NCBI GenBank assembly: GCA_038230375.1
Contig: JBBRNJ010000113.1
Location: 1-23,308, forward strand
Direction of reading: 5' to 3'
DNA from: Polyangiales bacterium
GTDB taxonomy: Bacteria > Myxococcota_A > Polyangia > Polyangiales > Polyangiaceae
Length of the DNA: 23,308 bases
Each line of letters begins with the position of its first letter. Position 1 is the first letter of the stretch. The position numbers and the translations under genes are program-made. The notes beneath the pieces were generated by a model. It was given only the letters and a program-made list of their open reading frames with translations. It was not told the origin of the DNA and did no database searches. Shown one piece after another: positions 15,479 to 23,308 of this stretch.

Positions 15479-16759
15479 TCAGAGCCTAACGCATTCGCGT
15501 TCGATGTGCTCCGCGGCCGTGCGGGCGCCGTTCTCCTTCGCGAGCGCTTCGCCCAGCGTGGCGGCACGTGCGCGGAGGCGGACACTGGTACACACCTCGG
15601 TGATCCGCTGCGCCAGCGCACGCGCCGTGAGGCTCCGCCGGTCCAGCGGCTTCGTCGCGGCGCCGCGCGCATGCAAGGTGTCAGCCCAGAACTTCTGGTC
15701 CGCCGCGTGCGGGACGATCACCGACGGGCGACCCGCGGCGAGCGCCGACTGCGTGGTGCCCGCTCCGCCGTGATGCACGACCGCACTACAGAGCGGGAAC
15801 AGCTGGTCGTGCGGCGCGCGCTTCGAGAAGAAGAGGCGCGGGCTCCGCGCGAAGGTGCTCGCGATGACATCCGGCGCCTGGACCACCGCGCGCACTCCAG
15901 CCAGCGCGCAGCCATCCACGATCGCTGAGACGGACTCCGCGGTGAGTGCGTCGTCCAGCGAGAACATGCTGCCGAACGACGCGAAGATCGGCGGCTCGCC
16001 TCCGTCGAGGAACGCACGAAGCTCCGCGTCCGGCGCCCACGATCCGCCTCGCGCCTTCGTCGCAAGGAAGCCGCTGACCTTGACGTGCGACGGCCAGTGC
16101 GCGCTCGGCGCCAGGAGCGACGGCGACACGCATACGAGCGCCAGCGTCATGTCCTCTAGCGCGTGGCGCATCATGTCCCGCCGATAGGGAAGGCCGCAAC
16201 GCGCACGCTGCTCGTTCACCGAGTCCCGGAGCGCCGAGTCCAGCACCAGGGCCGCGACGCGCCACGAGAGCCAGTTGCCGACCCTGCCCAGGTTCGGCGC
16301 GCCCGGCGGCGGGAGCTCCGGCGTCTCGAAGATGGGCGCGAGCGCCACGGACACGAGCGGCCGCTTCAAGGAGAGCGCGGCGGTCGCCGTGGGGTGTGAC
16401 ATGAAGTGCGCCACCACCACGTCGCTCTCGCGCGCGAGCTCGAGGCCGGCATCTAGCATCTCCGACGCAACGGGCCTTAGCATCTCTCGGATGAGGATAT
16501 GCGCCTGCTTGAACGGATTCCTCGTGACCAAGACCTTGTTCACGATCGCGCGCATGTGCGACTCGTTCTTCTTGAAGTAGTCAGTCCGTACCGACGCCGC
16601 CGTGATGCCGGCTTGCGCCGCGAGCTCCGGGAACTCCCGCCCTTCGACATTGGTGTATAATACACGCACCGTGTGACCGCGGTCCTGGAGTTCCTCCGCG
16701 AGCGCGAAGAATGGGCGCACGTCTCCCTCCGTCCCCCAGGTCTGGATGCCTATGCGCAA
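15479..16759 (-). CDS. GT1 UDP-glycosyltransferase (sterol glucosyltransferase/EryCIII-like)
   Basis: N-terminal GTEGDVRPF, FASFGSM, and the UDPGT signature APHDQLFP...VVHHGGAGTT...P...DQ. TTG start. Confidence 0.9.
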   Translation of the reverse strand: MRIGIQTWGTEGDVRPFFALAEELQDRGHTVRVLYTNVEGREFPELAAQAGITAASVRTDYFKKNESHMRAIVNKVLVTRNPFKQAHILIREMLRPVASEMLDAGLELARESDVVVAHFMSHPTATAALSLKRPLVSVALAPIFETPELPPPGAPNLGRVGNWLSWRVAALVLDSALRDSVNEQRARCGLPYRRDMMRHALEDMTLALVCVSPSLLAPSAHWPSHVKVSGFLATKARGGSWAPDAELRAFLDGGEPPIFASFGSMFSLDDALTAESVSAIVDGCALAGVRAVVQAPDVIASTFARSPRLFFSKRAPHDQLFPLCSAVVHHGGAGTTQSALAAGRPSVIVPHAADQKFWADTLHARGAATKPLDRRSLTARALAQRITEVCTSVRLRARAATLGEALAKENGARTAAEHIERECVRL

Positions 16760-16781
16760 TGCACTGGTCCCGCACTGACTC

Positions 16782-17822
16782 TCAGTGCTTCGCGAACACT
16801 TCGCCGTAGGTCACGAACGCGATCAGCGTGAGGAACATCAAGAGGCCGATCGCGTGGACCTTGGCCTCCATCTTTGCGTCGGCCTTGCGGCGCGATGCGG
16901 CCTCGTAGCCAAGGAAGATGAGGCGTCCGCCGTCGAGCGCGGGGAACGGCAGAAGGTTGAAGCCGCCCAGATAGGCGCTGATCGCGCCGAGCAGCTTGAA
17001 CGCATCACCCGCGCCGCTGCGCACGGCGCCCGCGGTCTCCTTGACGATGCCCACGGGGCCAGAGAGCTCCGGCTTCTCCTTGAACGTGAGCATGCGCCCG
17101 AGCCCACGCACCAGGGCGTAGACAACCTTCGGCGGCTCCGTGATGGAGAGCTTCGCGGCCTCACCCACGCCCACCTTCGCGACGTAGTACACGGGGCCCA
17201 CCATGATCTTGCCCTTGCGTTCGCCCTCGGCGCCGGGCGTGGCCTTGATGTGCATTGGCTTGCCGTCACGCTCGATCTCCACGTCGATGGGGTCGCCACC
17301 GTGCGCGCCGACGGCGGCCTTCAGCTCGTCCCAGTCGTGAATGGCAGTGCCGTTCACGCTGAGGATCCGGTCGCCCGTGACGATGCCGGCCTGGGCGGCG
17401 GGACCATCCGGCGAAGGGTTCACGCGCATGCTGGTCTCGTCGACGACGGTGTGACCGCCGAGCATGAAGCCCACGAACATGAGCACCGACGCGAACACGT
17501 AGTTGGCAGCAGGGCCCGCAGCGATCGTGATGATGCGCCCCATGAGGGAGGCGTTGGCGTAGCTGCCCTTGTCCTTCGGATCGCTCTCCTCGAACGGGTT
17601 CATGCCGGCGATCTGCACATACGCAAGGAACGGGATGATGGCGATCTGGAAGACGGTGTCGGAGCCCTTCGGCTTGTGCTTCACGATGGTCGGCCCGAAG
17701 CCGATGGAGAAGCGCGTCACGCGCATGCCGAATCGCCGCGCCGCAAAGTAGTGTCCCGCTTCGTGGACGACCATGAGAGCGGCGAGGCCGAGGATGGCGA
17801 GCAAATACGGAGCAATCGACAT
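16782..17822 (-). CDS. rseP: RIP metalloprotease RseP (M50 site-2 protease with PDZ domain)
   Basis: HEAGH zinc motif, FSIGFGP, AGPAAN, PDZ (PAAQAGIVTGDRILSVNG), SGPVGI and NLLPFPALDGG. Confidence 0.93.
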   Translation of the reverse strand: MSIAPYLLAILGLAALMVVHEAGHYFAARRFGMRVTRFSIGFGPTIVKHKPKGSDTVFQIAIIPFLAYVQIAGMNPFEESDPKDKGSYANASLMGRIITIAAGPAANYVFASVLMFVGFMLGGHTVVDETSMRVNPSPDGPAAQAGIVTGDRILSVNGTAIHDWDELKAAVGAHGGDPIDVEIERDGKPMHIKATPGAEGERKGKIMVGPVYYVAKVGVGEAAKLSITEPPKVVYALVRGLGRMLTFKEKPELSGPVGIVKETAGAVRSGAGDAFKLLGAISAYLGGFNLLPFPALDGGRLIFLGYEAASRRKADAKMEAKVHAIGLLMFLTLIAFVTYGEVFAKH

Positions 17823-17889
17823 GCTCTGGAAAGCTTAGCCCTCTTTTTTGGTTTGTGCTCGCAACGGACAGCCTAGATCTTGGCGCCCC

Positions 17890-19944
17890 ATGTGGGAGCA
17901 CCGCGCAGCCGCTGTCGTTCTTCTCGCCGGCGCCGTAGTGCTCGCCCCGGCGTCGGCACGTGCGGATGACGAGCAGATCCCGGAGGTGCGCGTGCGCGAG
18001 CCGCAACCTGCAGGCTTCGTCTCGGAGCGGCGCCTGGACGACGCGCCGCGCGAGGTCACGGACGCCGCGAGCCTGGTGGAGTCCGCGCCGGGTGTGCACG
18101 TGCGCCGGCTTGGCGCGGACGACTCGTTCTCCACGATCTCGATCCGTGGCACCAGCTCCACAGAGGTGGCGATCTATCTGGCGGGCGTACCGCTCTCAGG
18201 CGGCGCGGACCCCACGCTCGATCTCTCCACGCTTCCGCTGTGGCCAGGAGCGCGCGCGCGCGTGTATCGCTCGTTCTCACCCGCGAGCATCGGTCGCGGG
18301 TCGCTCGGCGGCGTGCTGGTGCTGGACGCGCCGAGCCTGCGCGCGGAAGAACGCACGGAGGTGTGGAGCGCCATTGGCTCCTTCGGTTCGCGCAGGCTTC
18401 GCATCGGTGACGTGCGCGCGATCGGTGATCTGCGCGTGTCGACCGCGGTCTCCGCATCGCGCTCCGACGACGACTTCACGTACGAGTCCTTCAACTCCGG
18501 CAAGACCGTCACGCGTGAGAACGCTGGGCACGCGGCGGTGAACGCGCTCGCGTCGCTGGGGATGCCCGTCCATCTCGGTGGCAAGGAAGGCGCGCTCACC
18601 ATCACCGCGCTCGCGCAGTCGCGCAGACAACAGCTGCCCGGCACCGCGGAGGTGCCCACGACCTTCGCGCGCCTCGACTCCAACCGCGTGATGTCGGGAC
18701 TCGAGCTCTCGCTGCCTCTCCCAGGCGGCGCAGAGATCACGCGCGTGTGGGCGCGCCGCGAAGGGCTCTCCATCTCCGATGACCCGCGCGATTTTTCGGC
18801 GGCGCTCGGGCCCACTCACACGAACGACGTGATCGTCGCAGCGGGCGCGAGCACCGGCCTTCGCCTGCACCCTGCCGCAGGCGCGCTCGCAGACGTACGG
18901 ATCGACGGCTCCGGCGAACGGTTCGCGCCCGGTTCGTGGCAAGGGCCGATCGCGACGCCGCCCGGTGCCACGCGTGGGCAGATGGGCCTCGCATTGGATG
19001 CAGGATACATATTTCGCGGCGTGCGGCTCGCGGCCAGCGGGCGGCTCGATCAGACCTCCGACAGCAGCGACGACCGCACCGTTCAATCCAGGAGCGACTT
19101 CGTTCCCACAGGCCACCTTGGCCTGGAGACCACGCTCGGTCCGTTCGTCGTCGCGACCCACGGCGGCGCGCTCTCCCGCCCCGCGAGCTTCGTCGAACGG
19201 TACGGCAATCGCGGCACGTTCATCGGCGATCCCATGCTCAGGCCCGAGTCCGCGGCGACCGTGGACGTTGGCGCGCGCACACGAACGTCACTTGGTCCGG
19301 TGCGCCTCAGCGCGGAGCTCGCGACGTTCGCGACATGGGCAAACGATCTGATCGTCTTCATTCCTCAGGGCGCCAACGGGCGCGTGAAGGCCGAGAACAT
19401 CGGACGCGCCCGCCTCCTGGGCGTGGAGGCAGACGCAGAAGCGCGGCTAGGCCACGGTGAATTACGTGCATCCTACACGGGCCTTGCAACGGAGAACGAG
19501 CAGGACTGCAGCGCAACGAGCCTCACGTGCGAGCGCCCACCGCTTCCCGGCAGACCCGCGAACGATCTGGTCATGGACCTGGCGTACACCGTGGGCCCCA
19601 TTCGCGGACGCATCGGCGGCGACTTCGTGACGGGCATCACCGCAGACAACAAGGGCAGCGTCGTGGTCCCGCCGCGCTTCTTCACGTCTGCGGGCGTGCG
19701 CCTGGCGCTGCCTGGAGCGCTCGGCGCCGGGAACGTGGGAAGGACCACGCTCGCGCTGGATCTGCGCAATCTCTTCGATGTTCGAACGGTCACCTACGAC
19801 GGCGCGACCGGCCCGACGACGGCGCCCATCGGGGACCTGTTCCAGTATCCGCTCCCCGGGCGGAGCTTCCTTCTGAGCCTTCGATTCGAGGAGCGTCCAC
19901 CATTGTCGGAAACCGCGCGTGTGGTAGCGTCCGGCACCCCATGA
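17890..19944 (+). CDS. TonB-dependent outer-membrane receptor
   Basis: Signal peptide ending ARA, plug motif APGVHVRRLG...ISIRG...YLAGVPL, GDPMLRPES, ENIGRARLLGVE, DLRNLFD and YPLPGRSFLLSLRF. ATG 17890 is preferred as start. Confidence 0.9.
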   Translation: MWEHRAAAVVLLAGAVVLAPASARADDEQIPEVRVREPQPAGFVSERRLDDAPREVTDAASLVESAPGVHVRRLGADDSFSTISIRGTSSTEVAIYLAGVPLSGGADPTLDLSTLPLWPGARARVYRSFSPASIGRGSLGGVLVLDAPSLRAEERTEVWSAIGSFGSRRLRIGDVRAIGDLRVSTAVSASRSDDDFTYESFNSGKTVTRENAGHAAVNALASLGMPVHLGGKEGALTITALAQSRRQQLPGTAEVPTTFARLDSNRVMSGLELSLPLPGGAEITRVWARREGLSISDDPRDFSAALGPTHTNDVIVAAGASTGLRLHPAAGALADVRIDGSGERFAPGSWQGPIATPPGATRGQMGLALDAGYIFRGVRLAASGRLDQTSDSSDDRTVQSRSDFVPTGHLGLETTLGPFVVATHGGALSRPASFVERYGNRGTFIGDPMLRPESAATVDVGARTRTSLGPVRLSAELATFATWANDLIVFIPQGANGRVKAENIGRARLLGVEADAEARLGHGELRASYTGLATENEQDCSATSLTCERPPLPGRPANDLVMDLAYTVGPIRGRIGGDFVTGITADNKGSVVVPPRFFTSAGVRLALPGALGAGNVGRTTLALDLRNLFDVRTVTYDGATGPTTAPIGDLFQYPLPGRSFLLSLRFEERPPLSETARVVASGTP

Positions 19945-21074
19945 GCCAGTCGAACCCTCCCCAGAACGCAGGCGGCATTTCTCTCACCGGCGGCGCTGCC
20001 ATCCTCGCGCCCATCACGGCATTCCCGAACGGCGTGCCGGGGAACGCGATGGTGCTGATCCCGATCGGACCGAACGGCGCCGAGATGACCAAGAAGGTCG
20101 TCGATGGTCCCGTCGCACTGCAGATGGACGAGGTGTGGAAGCTGCTCGGGTTCAACGGCCCCGCAGTGCAGGTGCAGGACGACCAGGGTCGCCCCATCGC
20201 GATCGGCCTGGAGGACCTCCTTGGCGGTCTGGAGAAGCACTGGACCGAGAACCAGGAAGACCTGATGCGCGGCCGCGTGTTCGCGCAGGAGCTGATGAAG
20301 CACGAGCGCCACGCGAAGGCAGAGGCTGTGCTCGCGAAGATCGTTGCGCGCGGTGGCGACGGCGAGGACTGGCTCGCGCTCGGCGTGGTTCAGCTCGCGC
20401 AGGACAAGCTGGAGAAGGCGGAGGGCACGCTCAAGGGCGCGCTCAACCTGATGAAGGGCAACCCCTACCCCGCGCTGCACCTCGCGAAGCTCGCGCACAA
20501 GAAGGAAGACCACAAGGCCGAGCGTGACTTCGCGGAGCAGGCGATCCAGATCCAGCCGAACGCGGTGGATGGCTGGGCGTACCTCTTCAACTTCGTGAAG
20601 GAGCACGAGAAGAGCGACGAGAAGGCGATCGCCGCCGTCGAGGAGCTCGCCAACGCGCCGGTCAACGCGAAGACCGCTGCGCCCTACGTCGCGCTGCAGG
20701 GCTTCTTCGCGAACGAGGAAGCGACGCGCGACAAGGCCGTCGTGCTCGCGAAGAAGGGCGTGGAGCGCTCGCCGAACGATCCGCTCGCGCTGCTCTGCCT
20801 CTCTGCGCTGCACGGTCAGATGGGCAAGCTCGAGGAGGTCGTGAAGCTCCTCGCGCCGCACGAGGCCCTCATGCAGACAGACGTGCGTATCGCGCACAAC
20901 TACTTCGAGGCGCTCTTCCAGGCGAAGGACATGCAGAAGGTGACGGCGCTCTTGAACAAGCTCGCCACGTCTTCGAACCGCGAGGTGAAGCAGTTCGCCA
21001 TCGAGCGCTCGCGCGCCATTGCGCAGATGCTGGCGCAGCAGCAGGCGGCTCTCCAGGCCGCGCTACCCAAATAG
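19941..21074 (+). CDS. Tetratricopeptide-repeat (TPR-like) protein
   Basis: ATG 19941 overlaps the receptor stop (ATGA). Helical repeats include WLALGVVQLAQDKLEKAEGTLKGAL, AIQIQPNAVDGW and SPNDPLALLCLSALH. No signal peptide is evident. Confidence 0.8.
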   Translation: MSQSNPPQNAGGISLTGGAAILAPITAFPNGVPGNAMVLIPIGPNGAEMTKKVVDGPVALQMDEVWKLLGFNGPAVQVQDDQGRPIAIGLEDLLGGLEKHWTENQEDLMRGRVFAQELMKHERHAKAEAVLAKIVARGGDGEDWLALGVVQLAQDKLEKAEGTLKGALNLMKGNPYPALHLAKLAHKKEDHKAERDFAEQAIQIQPNAVDGWAYLFNFVKEHEKSDEKAIAAVEELANAPVNAKTAAPYVALQGFFANEEATRDKAVVLAKKGVERSPNDPLALLCLSALHGQMGKLEEVVKLLAPHEALMQTDVRIAHNYFEALFQAKDMQKVTALLNKLATSSNREVKQFAIERSRAIAQMLAQQQAALQAALPK

Positions 21075-21217
21075 CCCGGTAAAATCGGGCCTTGGTCACC
21101 TGGCCCCAGCACCAGGAGGGGCACCAAACGGGCACCACGGGGCAACCAGAAGGGGACCATCCGTTCAGCTCACCGTGCGCTTCCCCCTTTTGCGTTCGGT
21201 GAGATAGCCTACCAAGG
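21075..21217 (+). promoter_or_regulatory. Putative promoter and structured leader of the kinase gene
   Basis: TAAAAT (21080-21085) lies in the loop of a GCCCG/CGGGC stem. Five phased ACCA-ending motifs follow, plus inverted repeats CTCACCG/CGGTGAG and CCTTGGT/ACCAAGG. Confidence 0.35.
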
Positions 21218-22935
21218 TGGCAGGCGTTGCGGAGAACGGGGGGATCCGTGTGGTGGGGCGCTACGCCCTCCACGGAGCCATCGCTGCGGGTGGAATGGCC
21301 ACCGTCCATTTCGGGCGGCTGCTCGGACCCGTCGGCTTCTCGCGCACGGTCGCGATCAAGCGCCTGCATGCGCAGTACGCCGCGGACCCTGAGTTCGTCT
21401 CCATGTTCCTGGACGAAGCGCGCCTCGCCGCGCGCATTCGCCACCCCAACGTCGTTCCCACGCTCGACGTCGTCGCCATCGAGGGTGAGCTCTTCCTCGT
21501 GATGGAGTACGTCGCGGGCGAATCGCTCGCGAAGCTCACGCGTAGTCAGCAGGGCCGTCGCCCGTCGATGCGCATCATCTCGTCGGTGATGGCGGGCACG
21601 CTTCACGGTCTGCATGCGGCGCACGAGGCCACGGACGAGCGCGGCCAACCGCTCGGCATCGTGCACCGCGACGTGTCGCCACAGAACATACTTGTTGGCA
21701 CCGACGGCATCCCCAAGATCCTGGACTTTGGCGTGGCCAAGGCCGCCGGGCGCACGCAGCACACGCGCGAAGGGCAGATCAAAGGCAAGCTCTCGTACAT
21801 GCCGCCGGAGCAGCTGCGCGGCGGCAACGTCACGCGCGCGGCCGACGTCTACGCCGCGGGCATCGTGCTCTGGGAGGTCATCACCGGAGAGCGGCTCTTC
21901 GGCGGCGACAACGAGGGCGTAGTGATCACGCGCATCCTCGAAGGCCGCGTGAAGCCGCCGAGCCAGGTCCTGGCGGGCGACATGAAGACCACGATGACCG
22001 ATCGTGCCTTGCGCGACCTCGAGTCGCTCGATCGCGTCGTGATGCGCGCGCTCGACATGAACCCGGACAACCGCTACGCAACCGCGCAGGAGATGGCGAT
22101 CGAGCTGGAGCGCACGGTCCAGCCTGGCACTGCATTCGAGGTCAGTGAGTGGGTGCAGGCGGTCGCGCGCGACGTTCTCCACAACCGCGCCGCGAAGGTC
22201 TCCGAGATCGAGTCCTCCACGAGCGCGGTCGACAACGAGAAGGCCATGGCGTTCGCGCCCCGGGCCTCGCAGAGCGGCCCGCAGCTCCCGACGGCGGCAG
22301 CCAGCGGCACCGGCAGCGGAACCGGTAGCGCGCGCCCTTCGATGTCCGGGTTCGGTGCCGCGGGCTTCGGGTCCACCGCGCGCATCAGTGTCGACCCGCC
22401 AGTCACCCAGCCTTCGACCATCTCGGTCTCCACCGGCGCGCACAACCTGGATCAGGTTCGTCAGCGCCGCACGATCGCGGGCGCGGCGCTCAGCCTCGTC
22501 CTGCTGATGCTCGCGCTGATCGCGGGCGTGAGCGCGTGGAAGATCCGCAGCCGCTCGGCCGCAGACACCGCGCCTGCAGACTCTGCCGCGCTCGCACAGA
22601 CTGGCCAGACCAGCCCCACCGGCGCTCCAGCAAACACCGGCCTGGTGAACACTGGCGTGACGAGCGGCGGTCTGGACCTGGATCTGGATGCTGGTGCCAC
22701 CAGCGTCGTCACCGCTCCTGCTACTCCTGGTACCGTGGTTCCGGCCAACGTACCGGTCGCGATCATTCCGCGAAACGGAAACGGTGGCGGCATCTCCAGA
22801 CCGCAGCCGATTCACACCGCCCAGCCGACCTCCGTGGTGCCGCCGCCAGCCTCGGCGAAGGTCGCGGACCCCTGCACGCCGCCGTACTACTACGACGCGA
22901 AGGGCGTGAAGCACTACAAAGAGCAGTGCATCTGA
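21217..22935 (+). CDS. Membrane-anchored Hanks-type Ser/Thr protein kinase
   Basis: IAAGGMATV, VAIK, FLDEAR, HRDVSPQN, DFG, YMPPEQ and DVYAAG motifs. TM segment IAGAALSLVLLMLALIAGVSAW; C-terminal CTPPYYYDAKGVKHYKEQC. Confidence 0.95.
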   Translation: MAGVAENGGIRVVGRYALHGAIAAGGMATVHFGRLLGPVGFSRTVAIKRLHAQYAADPEFVSMFLDEARLAARIRHPNVVPTLDVVAIEGELFLVMEYVAGESLAKLTRSQQGRRPSMRIISSVMAGTLHGLHAAHEATDERGQPLGIVHRDVSPQNILVGTDGIPKILDFGVAKAAGRTQHTREGQIKGKLSYMPPEQLRGGNVTRAADVYAAGIVLWEVITGERLFGGDNEGVVITRILEGRVKPPSQVLAGDMKTTMTDRALRDLESLDRVVMRALDMNPDNRYATAQEMAIELERTVQPGTAFEVSEWVQAVARDVLHNRAAKVSEIESSTSAVDNEKAMAFAPRASQSGPQLPTAAASGTGSGTGSARPSMSGFGAAGFGSTARISVDPPVTQPSTISVSTGAHNLDQVRQRRTIAGAALSLVLLMLALIAGVSAWKIRSRSAADTAPADSAALAQTGQTSPTGAPANTGLVNTGVTSGGLDLDLDAGATSVVTAPATPGTVVPANVPVAIIPRNGNGGGISRPQPIHTAQPTSVVPPPASAKVADPCTPPYYYDAKGVKHYKEQCI

Positions 22936-22984
22936 GCGTGAAAGACGTTTGTTTCCGGCGCGAACCCGGCGATAAACAGGATGC

Positions 22985-23308
22985 ATGTTGAAGCGGCTCT
23001 GCTGTCTGGTCACGGTCCTCTCCTTGGCGGCTCCGTATGCGGCGTTCGCGGCGGATCCCGCGCCCATCGACACGGCCGCGCAGGACGTGCTCTTCAAGAA
23101 CGGAAGCAAGGTTCGCGGGCAGGTGATCGACATCATGCCAGGCGATCACGTGACCATTCGCTTCAAGAGCGGTGAGGCACGTCGCTTCGAATGGGTCGAC
23201 ATCGATCGCGTGATGCCGGCCTCCGGGGCCGAGCCCGCTCCCCTTCCGCCTGCCCCGCCGAAGCCCCAGCCCACCGCTGTACCCACCGTCGCACCGACGA
23301 CCGCGCCC
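22985..23308 (+). CDS. Secreted hypothetical protein (partial, runs off window; not in the ORF track)
   Basis: Manual translation: MLKRLCCLVTVLSLAAPYAAFA-ADPAPIDTAAQDVLFKNGSKVRGQVIDIMPGDHVTIRFKSGEARRFEWVDIDRV followed by a Pro-rich linker. It has an AFA signal peptidase site and AGGA upstream. Confidence 0.8.
   Translation, partial: MLKRLCCLVTVLSLAAPYAAFAADPAPIDTAAQDVLFKNGSKVRGQVIDIMPGDHVTIRFKSGEARRFEWVDIDRVMPASGAEPAPLPPAPPKPQPTAVPTVAPTTAP

Noticed and set aside
19527..19940. Upstream extension of the TPR ORF
   Set aside because: It overlaps the TonB receptor out of frame; ATG 19941 with ATGA coupling is the better start.
22950..22978. Possible terminator after the kinase (TGTTT-CCGG...CCGG...AAACA)
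   Set aside because: The stem is imperfect, there is no U-tract on the plus strand, and it abuts the next gene's RBS.
20869..23136. 755-aa minus-strand ORF
   Set aside because: Antisense shadow of the kinase and neighbouring genes, with no recognisable motifs.
22981..23175. 64-aa ORF from the track
   Set aside because: The frame starting at ATG 22985 gives a clear signal peptide and stays open to the window end, so it is preferred.

Overview
A GC-rich, gene-dense chromosomal window that looks myxobacterial, probably Polyangiaceae/Sorangiineae-like. That assignment is inferred from the bacNOP bactofilins, a MYXO-CTERM-like sorting signal, an HRDVSPQN kinase and Cys-rich lipoproteins. From left to right it holds: the left end of an IS1595-family element, a DUF6688-like membrane protein, and a lipoprotein S1 protease with a MYXO-CTERM-like tail. 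Next come a 14-bp tandem array built from two convergent stop codons and a two-gene GT-C (GT39/PMT/ArnT-like) glycosylation unit. After these are bacN-bacO-bacP joined directly to pyrE with no padC, a large disordered single-pass protein with QSGQM repeats, ppsR, a Cys-rich lipoprotein, and a TerB-like gene coupled to proC. The right part has an rseP-GT1-Gly-rich lipoprotein unit, a TonB-dependent receptor coupled to a TPR protein, a Hanks-type Ser/Thr kinase with a C-terminal Cys-bracketed motif, and a truncated secreted protein. I saw no rRNA, tRNA or CRISPR array. The best candidates for undescribed biology are the two-subunit GT-C system, the PadC-less bacNOP locus beside a disordered membrane protein, and the kinase module with its phased, structured leader. 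All family assignments come from motif recognition by eye; no database searches were run.
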